From NCBI GenBank assembly GCA_963732445.1, contig CAVSZJ010000003.1:1143639-1207638 (forward strand): 64,000 nt of DNA, given 5' to 3'. This stretch comes from Vicinamibacterales bacterium (GTDB taxonomy: Bacteria; Acidobacteriota; Vicinamibacteria; Vicinamibacterales; JAMQPK01). Shown piece by piece: positions 9,717-17,944 of this stretch (position 1 is the first letter of the stretch; each line of letters begins with the position of its first letter). Both the position numbers and the translations under genes were made by a program. The notes below the pieces were generated by a model. It was not told the origin of the DNA. It saw nothing but the letters and a program-made list of their open reading frames with translations, and made no database searches.

Positions 9717-10214
9717 CTACTCCACGATCGTTACTTGGGAGTCGTCGACGACGAAGGGCTTGAATTCGCCGGTGCGGCCGTGCTTATCCGTCGCGGTAAC
9801 CGTGTATCGGACGATACCAACCGGTGCGGTGTCGGGCACGACCCATTTCGCCACCCAGAATTCACGTTCGGGCTGCTTGACCGTTCCCCGGTATCGCATC
9901 GGGAGATCCTGCGTCATGCCGCCATATGTCAGGTGAACGACGAACTGGGCCGAAGGTTCCCGTTGGCCGGTGACAGGATCGATCGCCGTCATCCGGAATC
10001 CGACCGGGTCGCCGCGCTTGAAGCGGCTTTGCAACACGCAATTGCCCGCCATCCCAGGCTTGCCGACAAACAACGTCACATCGCCGTACACAATCAACTT
10101 CCCCTGGCCGGCGGCGGGAGGCGCGGGCGCCTGAAATGCTGCGACCGACGGAATCTCGAAAGCGATGAGCGCAACGGCCGCCAGACCCAGGACGGCTCTG
10201 ATCGCTGGATTCAT
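9717..10214 (-). CDS. hypothetical secreted protein
   Basis: Signal peptide MNPAIRAVLGLAAVALIAFEIPSVAA. First gene of a same-strand cluster with 8251..9684 and 6755..8254. Confidence 0.5.
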   Translation of the reverse strand: MNPAIRAVLGLAAVALIAFEIPSVAAFQAPAPPAAGQGKLIVYGDVTLFVGKPGMAGNCVLQSRFKRGDPVGFRMTAIDPVTGQREPSAQFVVHLTYGGMTQDLPMRYRGTVKQPEREFWVAKWVVPDTAPVGIVRYTVTATDKHGRTGEFKPFVVDDSQVTIVE

Positions 10215-10272
10215 GGGCGGAGTCTAGCCGATTTGCGCGCGCCGTTACAATGCACCTGCAACCCGCCCAAAC

Positions 10273-12483
10273 ATGCACGTTCTTCTTGCCCTTCTCTTCA
10301 ACGGCGCTGCGCTCATCCAGTTGCCGGGCCTCATTACCGGAGCAGTCGTGGATCCGTCAGGAGCGTTCGTCGCCAATGCCACCGTTCGCCTCGAGATGTC
10401 CGGGCGCACGGTCGACGAAGTTCGGACAGGCAGCGACGGGCGATTCCAGTTGAAGGCGGAATCCTCCGGATCCCTGCGCGTGGTTGTGACCGCTGCGGGA
10501 TTCGCGGAATTCATCGAACCGGTCTCACTCGACTCGCGCTACCTGCAGGTAATGTTGCAGCCAGCGCCTTTCTTTGAGGCCGTCAACGTCACCTCTTCGC
10601 GCACCGACCTGCCGCGGGCGGATCCTGCGGTGACGATGACGGTGCTTCCGGCAGCCGAGCTGCTGACGAGCGCCGCCCTGACGCTCGATGACGCGCTTAA
10701 GATGGTTCCCGGCTTCACGCTGTTCCGCCGTACATCCTCTCGCGTGTCGAATCCCACGGCACAAGGTGTCACGCTGCGCGGCCTTGGCGGCACCGGCGCA
10801 AGCCGTTCGCTTGTGCTGACCGACGGTGTGCCGTTGAACGACGCATTCGGAGGATGGGTGTACTGGGACAAAGTTCCGCAGGTGGCGATCGATCGCGTCG
10901 AAGTGCTGCGAGGCAGCGGAAGCGACCTGTACGGCGCGGATGCCGTCGGCGGTGTCGTGCAGATCCTGACATGGCACCCAAGCCGGCTCGCGGCCCGCGC
11001 GCTGGTCGAAGGCGGCGGCATGCAGACCGGCCGCATCTCGATGTTTGGTGGCGGTCGCTCCCGTGGCTGGAGCTACACGGCCGGGGGCGAGTGGTTCAGC
11101 ACCGACGGCTACATTGCGGTGGCCGAGGAGCAAGATCCGGGAATCGCCCCGCGCGGTCCGATCGATTCCGAAATTGCCTCGAAGCACAGATCTGGAATTG
11201 CTTCGATTGGCTACCATGCGGGCAACGGCTGGCGCTTCGAAACCGCCGGCAGCGTGTTTACCGACAATCGCCTGAATGGCACTCCCGCCGTCATCAACGA
11301 CACCGCTTCCCGGCAGGGGGCCAGCGAAGTTGCCGGTGGACTGGCCGGCGGGCTGCTCTCTGCCCGCGCATTCGCGGGCACGCAGGGCTACGACCAGACG
11401 TTTTCGTCGGTATCGGCCGACCGGACGAGCGAAGATCTCAATCGCCTGCAGCGTGTGCCGACGAAATTCAGCGGGGCCGCGGCGCAGTGGGCACGGCCAA
11501 CTGGAAGGCACACCGTGCTCGTGGGAGCCGAAGCCAAGTTCATCAAAGGAGAGACGCAAGAGACGCAGCTTGCAGCAGGCCGCGTCCTGGCGACCCTCAA
11601 CAACGGCGGGACACAGGATGTGTGGTCCGCGTTCGTGCAGGATACGTTTCTCGTCAACGATCGTCTGACGGTGGTCATGGGGGCCCACTTAGACCGGTGG
11701 CACACGCAATCGAAGAACACCAGTTACGACAAGACGCTGGGATCGTTCAGTCCGCGAGCGTCGTTCGCCCACAGTCTGGGTAGCGGCATTTCCGTTCGTG
11801 GTTCCGCCTACAAAGGTTTTCGTGCGCCAACGCTGAATGAGCTCTACCGGGGATTCAGAGCGGGCAACACCCAGACGAATCCGAATGAGGCGCTCGCCCC
11901 TGAAAAACTGACGGGTGCTGACGCCGGCGTACTTGCCACACGCGGCCGGCTGTCGGCACGGGTGACTGGCTTCTGGAACGTCCTGGATGACGTCATAACG
12001 AACGTCACGCTGTCGAGCACGCCACAACTCATCATCAAGCAGCGGGCGAACGCGGACAAGATGCGGACCGCCGGCGTCGAATTCGAAACCAGCGTACGCG
12101 TGCGAACCTCATGGTCGATGGCGCTTTCGAGCGCGATCGTCGACGCGCGTTTCAAGGGCGAGACGAGCCTCCGCGACAATCGCGTGCCCCAGGTGCCGGA
12201 GTACAACGTCGGACTGAGCATGCGTTACAGCCACAACACGTGGACGGCGTCCGGACAGCTTCGTGTAACGGGAGCGCAATTCGAGGATGACCTGAACGCG
12301 TTTACGCTTCGCCGCGCGACCGTCGTCGACATGTTCGGCAGCCGGAGCCTAGGAGGCAAGGTGAGCGCGTTTGTCGCGGTGGAGAATGCGTTCAACAGCA
12401 CGTATGACGTGGGCCGGACGCCGATCCTGACGACTGGAGTGCCACGCGCCGCGCGCGCCGGCGTTCAAATCTCATTTCCGTAA
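10273..12483 (+). CDS. TonB-dependent receptor with N-terminal carboxypeptidase-regulatory-like domain
   Basis: CarboxypepD_reg pattern (GAVVDPSGAFVANATVRL...TGSDGRFQL) and plug motif (IDRVEVLRGSGSDLYGADAVGGVVQILT). The C-terminal barrel has alternating-residue strands. The frame is intact. Confidence 0.85.
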   Translation: MHVLLALLFNGAALIQLPGLITGAVVDPSGAFVANATVRLEMSGRTVDEVRTGSDGRFQLKAESSGSLRVVVTAAGFAEFIEPVSLDSRYLQVMLQPAPFFEAVNVTSSRTDLPRADPAVTMTVLPAAELLTSAALTLDDALKMVPGFTLFRRTSSRVSNPTAQGVTLRGLGGTGASRSLVLTDGVPLNDAFGGWVYWDKVPQVAIDRVEVLRGSGSDLYGADAVGGVVQILTWHPSRLAARALVEGGGMQTGRISMFGGGRSRGWSYTAGGEWFSTDGYIAVAEEQDPGIAPRGPIDSEIASKHRSGIASIGYHAGNGWRFETAGSVFTDNRLNGTPAVINDTASRQGASEVAGGLAGGLLSARAFAGTQGYDQTFSSVSADRTSEDLNRLQRVPTKFSGAAAQWARPTGRHTVLVGAEAKFIKGETQETQLAAGRVLATLNNGGTQDVWSAFVQDTFLVNDRLTVVMGAHLDRWHTQSKNTSYDKTLGSFSPRASFAHSLGSGISVRGSAYKGFRAPTLNELYRGFRAGNTQTNPNEALAPEKLTGADAGVLATRGRLSARVTGFWNVLDDVITNVTLSSTPQLIIKQRANADKMRTAGVEFETSVRVRTSWSMALSSAIVDARFKGETSLRDNRVPQVPEYNVGLSMRYSHNTWTASGQLRVTGAQFEDDLNAFTLRRATVVDMFGSRSLGGKVSAFVAVENAFNSTYDVGRTPILTTGVPRAARAGVQISFP

Positions 12484-12486
12484 GAA

Positions 12487-12568
12487 GGGATCGTGGGGAT
12501 CGTAGGGATCGTGGGGTTCGTGGGTCGGCGTGGGGTTCGTAGGGATCTTGGGGATCGCGGGGCGCGTA
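12487..12568. repeat. tandem G-rich 9-mer array (GGGATCGTR x about 9)
   Basis: GGGATCGTG GGGATCGTA GGGATCGTG GGGTTCGTG ... read directly. Begins 4 nt after the TBDR stop. G-rich on the + strand. Confidence 0.85.
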
Positions 12569-12630
12569 GAGCCTTAACGCGCGAAGGTCGCCGCGTGCAC
12601 GCGCGGCTCGGGTCGGTAGCGAAAGATTAG

Positions 12631-13475
12631 TCACTTGCCACAGGAATCACGTAGTTCAAGCCCGTCCTGTGGTTGCAATTCGAGATCATCGTATGTTGAA
12701 TCTGTCGACTGGTGGATTGTCTTCCACCCACTGTCAACCGGAGCGTCACCCAGCGGCGGGACCTGAGCAACAAACGCACGCCGCCGTGGCGAATTCAGGA
12801 GAGTCGGTGTGATTGCGCGTGCCACACGACCCATGTCGAATTCCCAGCGAGCATCTGTAACCTCGATAGCGTGCATGTTCGCCAGTTGGCGAATGTCTTC
12901 CGGCAGGGTTTCGCGTTGGGGGATATGTGCACCGTTGACCAGCACTGGGATCACCTGAAGTCCCCTTTGCAATGCAGTTCTTATTTCCTCTCTATGGAGA
13001 TCGTCTTGCTCATTCAGCCTCGCGCAAAGCCATTGAGGACCGATGATTACGACCATCGCGACCGCAAGCTGGAGCATTTCCCGAACGACCTCAATAAAGT
13101 CGCGGCCGGGAGGCAATGCCTCGATGTCCTTGAATATCTGACCATCACCGAAGGCAGCGATTAAATGATCTCCGACACGCCCGGTATGGCCGGCGGAGGC
13201 GGCACGACGGTATGCAACGAACAGCTCCCGAGTCTGTGTTCCAACTCCCGTCACCTCGATAAGATGTTCACCGGCCTCCACAATGTCGCCACTTCTCTGG
13301 CGCGCATCACCTTGCCCCCGAAAGGTGCACAGATCGCGAGGATGGTCCCCCCGACGCTCACATCTATCACCGACTTACCCTTTTCAACATAATGCCCCGG
13401 CATCGTCGGACTTTCGGTTACGAACCCCAGCATGGGTGGATCGCCGACGGGCGGCATGCGCGTGGTTGTTGACAC
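12631..13475 (-). pseudogene. TIR-domain protein with N-terminal biotinyl/lipoyl-like hybrid-motif domain (one frame change near 13290)
   Basis: TIR_2-like pattern LFVAYRRA...IFKDIEALPPGRDFIEVV...VVIIGPQWL...LHREEIRTAL...VIPVLVNGAHIP. The upstream 74-aa ORF (13251..13475) reads GHYVEKGKSVIDVSVGGTILAICAPFGGKV and continues in the TIR frame as SGDIVEAGEHLIEV, which completes a barrel-sandwich hybrid motif. Confidence 0.75.
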
Positions 13476-13558
13476 GGATTGAGGCTACACGTGGACGGGA
13501 TGGTGTGACAACGTGTGGATGCTGCTGCGCGCATGCGTCAAATGCGCATTCTGGGCCG

Positions 13559-13612
13559 TGAACCCACGCAACCCACGATCCCGCACGCGACCCACGCTCC
13601 CTACGATCCCAA
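13559..13612. repeat. G-rich 9-mer array, inverted copy (C-rich on + strand)
   Basis: The reverse complement reads GGGATCGTA GGGAGCGTG GGTCGCGTGC GGGATCGTG GGTTGCGTG GGTT. Overlaps the stop of the MFS gene. Confidence 0.8.
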
Positions 13613-14911
13613 CGTCTCAGGTTCCTGCCGCGTCGTCCTCAGCGACAGGATCAACCCGCTGGCGAGGACGCCGCAAAAAATCAGGTACATCAAGCCCGCG
13701 GTGTAGCCGCCGGTGACGTCGGCCAAGTAGCCAATCAAATACGGGCCGGCGAACCCTCCGAGATTGCCCGTGGCGTTGATCAGCGCGATGCTTGCGGCTG
13801 CCGCGGGTCCGCTCAGAAACAGCGTCGGCAACGCCCAGAACGGCGACGGAAACGAGTAGAGCGCCATGGTCGCGGCCGAGAACGCGGCGATGGCCAGTAC
13901 AAGATTGTTGCCGGCGGCAATGCTCAAAGACAATGCAATCCCGACGAGAAACAGTGGGATAGCCGTGTGCCATCGCCGCTCGCGGGTCTTGTCCGAGTGC
14001 CACGCGGTGAGGAACATGATCGGAATCGCGCACAGCCACGGAATGCCCGAGATGAGAATTACCTGCGTGGTGCTGAGTCCGGAGATGCGCCGCACGATCG
14101 TCGGCAGCCATGAGCTGAGGCCGACGCTGTTGGTGATGTAGCAGAAGCAGGCGAGGGCGAGGATGATCACCTGGGGGTTGCGAAGCGCTTCCCATGTGCT
14201 CAGCTTGTGCGCGCTCTTCTTCCTTTCCCGTTCGCGATCGAGCTCGCCCGTAATCCACTGGCGTTCGTCCTCGGCCAGCCAGCGCGCGTCTTTCGGGCGG
14301 TCGGTCAGATAGAAAAACGCCACCACGCCGAGCACGACCGTCGGCAGCCCTTCCAGAATGAGCAGCCAGCGCCAGCCGTTCATGCCGAGCCAGTCGAGGC
14401 GCATCAACGCCGCCGAAATGCCCGCGCCCACCATGTTCGAGGTCGGAATGGCCATCATGAACATCGCCACGGCCTTGGCGCGGTCCTCATAGCGAAACCA
14501 GTGCGTGAGATACACGATGATGCCGGGGAAGAAGCCGGCCTGCGCGATGCCCAAAAAGAAACGCACCCAGTAGAACTGCTGGGCCGTGTTGACGAGCCCG
14601 CAGAGAGCGGCGAGCGCACCCCACACGACGAGGCTCAGCGTGATGAATTTGCGCGCGCTCCACAGCTCGGTGACGAGCGTCGAGGGAATCTGCAGAAGGA
14701 AATACCCGATGAAGAAAATCCCGGCGCCGAAGCCGAAGACAGTGTTCGAGAAGCCAAGGTCGCCTCTCATTTGCAGCGCCGCATAGCCGACATTGACGCG
14801 GTTCAGGTAGTTGAAGACGTACAGCACGAACAGAAACGGCATCAGCCGGCGCGTGATGTGCCGGCGCGTGCGTGCGGCGATGTCGTCTGAAGCGCTGGCG
14901 GTTGTCATCAA
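13601..14911 (-). CDS. MFS transporter, anion:cation symporter (ACS) family-like
   Basis: 12 TM helices. The N-terminal LMPFLFVLYVFNYLNRVNVGYAALQM and LTDRP motifs resemble tartrate/galactonate-type ACS transporters. Confidence 0.85.
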   Translation of the reverse strand: MMTTASASDDIAARTRRHITRRLMPFLFVLYVFNYLNRVNVGYAALQMRGDLGFSNTVFGFGAGIFFIGYFLLQIPSTLVTELWSARKFITLSLVVWGALAALCGLVNTAQQFYWVRFFLGIAQAGFFPGIIVYLTHWFRYEDRAKAVAMFMMAIPTSNMVGAGISAALMRLDWLGMNGWRWLLILEGLPTVVLGVVAFFYLTDRPKDARWLAEDERQWITGELDRERERKKSAHKLSTWEALRNPQVIILALACFCYITNSVGLSSWLPTIVRRISGLSTTQVILISGIPWLCAIPIMFLTAWHSDKTRERRWHTAIPLFLVGIALSLSIAAGNNLVLAIAAFSAATMALYSFPSPFWALPTLFLSGPAAAASIALINATGNLGGFAGPYLIGYLADVTGGYTAGLMYLIFCGVLASGLILSLRTTRQEPETLGS

Positions 14912-15068
14912 TTCGGCAACGCCCTCGAGCGCCGCCTCGGAGAGCGTATCCTGAGCCCTCTACGAGCCGCGGTCAACGGTAAACCGTGACAGTTTTCACC
15001 GCCGCTTCGCGTCTCTCCCCTTGAGGGGGAGGGTGCGATGAAATCGGCACGACGGTGAATGCGGTGCG

Positions 15069-15074
15069 TATAAT
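15069..15074 (+). promoter_or_regulatory. possible -10 box (TATAAT) upstream of the kinase gene
   Basis: Perfect TATAAT 22 nt upstream of the ATG at 15097. No convincing -35 element. Confidence 0.25.
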
Positions 15075-15096
15075 CCAGATACTGCCATCGATCACC

Positions 15097-17937
15097 ATGA
15101 CGCCCGAACGGTTTCGGCTGGTCGAAGAGATTTTTCATGCAGCGCTCTCACGTGTCGAGAGCGAGAGGGCGGTCTTTCTCGCCCAGGCGTGCGGTGGAGA
15201 CATGACGCTCCAGCGTGACGTGGAATCGCTGCTCGCCCAGCCAGCGCCGATGGTCGGCTTCCTCGAGGGGACGTCGGCTTGCGCGTCGTCGATCGTCCGA
15301 GATGCCGAGGATTCGCTGCTGACCAATCGTCGGCTCGGCGTCTATCAGGTGTACGAGCGCATCGGTGTGGGCGGCATGGGTGAGGTCTATCGCGCGCGCG
15401 ACACACGGCTGGGTCGCGACGTGGCCATCAAGATCCTGCCAAGTTTCTTCACCAGCGATCCCGACCGGTTGGCGCGGTTCGATCGCGAGGCGCGCGTCCT
15501 CGCATCATTGAATCATCCGCACATCGCCGCCATCTATGGACTGGAAGACGTCGACGGTGTGCCGGCGCTCGTGCTCGAGTTTGTCGACGGCGAAACGTTG
15601 GAAGACCGCATCGCTCGGGGACCAGTGCCTGTCCAGGCCACCCTGGCCATTGCCCGGCAGGTGGCAGACGCGCTCGAAACGGCCCATGAGCAGGGGATCG
15701 TGCATCGCGATCTCAAACCAGCCAACATCAAGATTCGATCGGACGGAACCGTCAAGGTGCTCGATTTCGGCATCGCCAAGATCCTGGATTCGGCCGACGC
15801 GCGATCCGACAGCCTGACGACTGTCGGCGTGACGGCCGAGGGCCTCTTGATTGGAACCGCACCGTACATGAGCCCCGAACAGGCCCGCGGAGGGACGGTG
15901 ACGCGTCGCTCCGACATCTGGTCGTTCGGCGCGATTCTGTTCGAGATGCTCACCGGCCGGCGCACATTCGCCGGGCTGACGACGGCAGATGTGCTTGCGG
16001 CGATCCTGGAGAAAATTCCCGACTGGAGCGCGCTGCCACCAGCGACGCCGCCTGCGATCGCGCATCTCATCCGCCGATGCCTCGAGCGCGAGCCGAAGGC
16101 TCGCCTTCATGACATCGGCGATGCGCGACTGGAAATCGAAGATGCGGAACGGGCGCTGCGCGGCGAGAATCCGCATAGCGCACACGCCCCCGCGCATCGT
16201 CCGGCCTCGTGGCTCTCGAGACGCCGCGCGCTCGTCGCAGCGATCGTCGGCGCCGCGGCGCTGTCAGTGGCCGCCTACATCTTCTTGCCCAGGACCGAAA
16301 ATTCGCAGCAGGAAGTTCGCCTGCAGTTGCCGCCACCGCCAGGCGAGCGATTCGTCAGCGTGCCGGCGGTCTCGCCGGACGGCCGTCACATTGTGTTCGC
16401 TTCTGCTCCCGAAGCCGGGGGCGCGGCAAGACTCTGGCTCAGGCCGCTGGCCGCCGCCGGGGCAGCCCAGCTTCCCGGCACCGACGGGGCGAGTTTTCCA
16501 TTCTGGTCTGCAGATGGCCGGTTCGTGGCGTTCTTTGCCGACGGGCAGCTGAAACGCGTGGCTGTCGCGGGCGGCAATCCTGTCATTGTCTGCGAAGCGT
16601 CTGCCGGTCGTGGGGGTCTGTGGCTCGATGACGACACGATCGTGTTTGCGCCGACGTCCACCGCAGCCCTGGTGCGGGTGAGCGCGGCCGGCGGACAACC
16701 GATGCCGTTCACCACGCTCGGAGAGAACGAGACATCGCACCGGTTTCCGCAGCGACTGCCTGGGCGCCAGCTGCTGTATTTCTCCGTGAATCGTGCGCCT
16801 GAAAAGAGCGGAACACGTCTCGTCGCGATCGACGATCCCGGCCGGGTCATCGCGTTCGTCCATACCATGGGAGCCGCCGAGTACGTCAAGGGATTCCTCG
16901 TGTTTGTTCGATCGACCCCCGGAGATCTGGTCTACCCCGTGCTCGCCCAGCGGATGGCGCTGCCAGGCGGGCAACTGAGTGGCGAACCCACGGAAATTGG
17001 CCGAGCCCGTATGTCGGAAACGTTGGGCCGCCAGGTGATGGCCACCTCGCCCGCGGGCGTGGTGGCAACGCTCGGACGGGTAGAGGGCATCGGACAGTTC
17101 ACGTGGGTCAGCCGCGACGGTCGCCTGCTCGAAACCGTCGGCGCGCCCGCGAACCAACTCGGCGTCGAGCTCTCGCCCGACGGGCAGCAGCTGGCAACCT
17201 ACAGATCCGCTGAAATCTGGACGATCAACGTTGCTCGCCCCGTGCCAACGCGAGTCACGCGAGGGGCCGCGTACCGGCATCCGATCTGGTCGCCAGATGG
17301 GGCAAGCGTATTGTCGCTATTTCAAGGACGAGGCGTCGGCACATTCGATCTCGTCACGGCGTCGCTGACGACCGGCGAGATCACCACTGTTCGCCAAGCG
17401 ACGAACCTGGTCAAGCCTGTCGGCTGGACCCGCGACGGGCGAATTGTGTGGATTGAGGGCGGAACGTCACTCTGGACGATGCCGACCGATGGACAACCAG
17501 TGTCATTTCTGCGAGATACCGCACAGATTTTCTTCGAGGCGAGACTCTCTCCCGACGCGCGCTGGATAGCGTATGCGACCAATCGCTCCGGCCGAATCGA
17601 GATCGAAGTGCGTAGCTTTCCGGACCCCGGACAGGCGTATCTGGTGTCGCTCGAGGGTGGCGGGCATCCTAGATGGCGAGACGACGGACGCGAGTTGTAC
17701 TTTCTGTCGCCAAACGGCCGCATGATGGCGGTCAGTTTTACGCCGGGCAAACCGCCACTCATCGGGACGCCTGCGCCGCTTTTTGAAGTCAAGCTGATCG
17801 CACACGCGGATCGTGGGAGTTTCGCAACGTATGAGTACGACGTGAACGCCGACGGTTCACGATTTCTTGTCAATCGCCAGGTGTCGGCGGCGGACACAAG
17901 TATGGCGATCATCGTCGACTGGAATCCCTCCCGGTGA
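15097..17937 (+). CDS. Ser/Thr protein kinase fused to a TM segment and TolB-like beta-propeller domain
   Basis: Hanks motifs GGMGEVY, VAIKIL, HRDLKPANI, DFGIAK and APYMSPEQ. A TM helix (ALVAAIVGAAALSVAAYIF) is followed by WD40-like/TolB repeats (SPDGRHIVF, SADGRFVAF, SPDGQQLA, SPDARWIAY). Start taken at MTPERFRLVEEIF. Confidence 0.9.
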   Translation: MTPERFRLVEEIFHAALSRVESERAVFLAQACGGDMTLQRDVESLLAQPAPMVGFLEGTSACASSIVRDAEDSLLTNRRLGVYQVYERIGVGGMGEVYRARDTRLGRDVAIKILPSFFTSDPDRLARFDREARVLASLNHPHIAAIYGLEDVDGVPALVLEFVDGETLEDRIARGPVPVQATLAIARQVADALETAHEQGIVHRDLKPANIKIRSDGTVKVLDFGIAKILDSADARSDSLTTVGVTAEGLLIGTAPYMSPEQARGGTVTRRSDIWSFGAILFEMLTGRRTFAGLTTADVLAAILEKIPDWSALPPATPPAIAHLIRRCLEREPKARLHDIGDARLEIEDAERALRGENPHSAHAPAHRPASWLSRRRALVAAIVGAAALSVAAYIFLPRTENSQQEVRLQLPPPPGERFVSVPAVSPDGRHIVFASAPEAGGAARLWLRPLAAAGAAQLPGTDGASFPFWSADGRFVAFFADGQLKRVAVAGGNPVIVCEASAGRGGLWLDDDTIVFAPTSTAALVRVSAAGGQPMPFTTLGENETSHRFPQRLPGRQLLYFSVNRAPEKSGTRLVAIDDPGRVIAFVHTMGAAEYVKGFLVFVRSTPGDLVYPVLAQRMALPGGQLSGEPTEIGRARMSETLGRQVMATSPAGVVATLGRVEGIGQFTWVSRDGRLLETVGAPANQLGVELSPDGQQLATYRSAEIWTINVARPVPTRVTRGAAYRHPIWSPDGASVLSLFQGRGVGTFDLVTASLTTGEITTVRQATNLVKPVGWTRDGRIVWIEGGTSLWTMPTDGQPVSFLRDTAQIFFEARLSPDARWIAYATNRSGRIEIEVRSFPDPGQAYLVSLEGGGHPRWRDDGRELYFLSPNGRMMAVSFTPGKPPLIGTPAPLFEVKLIAHADRGSFATYEYDVNADGSRFLVNRQVSAADTSMAIIVDWNPSR

Positions 17938-17944
17938 GGCTCAA

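Noticed and set aside
10215-10272. Cobalamin or other riboswitch upstream of the TonB-dependent receptors
   Set aside because: The leader of the first TBDR is only about 58 nt. Neither leader shows a B12-box-like sequence or other riboswitch core that I can recognise.
10525-11688. 387-aa minus-strand ORF inside the first TBDR
   Set aside because: Antisense shadow ORF. The + strand TBDR frame is intact and motif-rich.
12487-13612. Possible CRISPR array (also considered for 5511-5620 and 57849-57952)
   Set aside because: The units are only 6-11 nt, directly tandem with no unique spacers. No cas genes are in the window.
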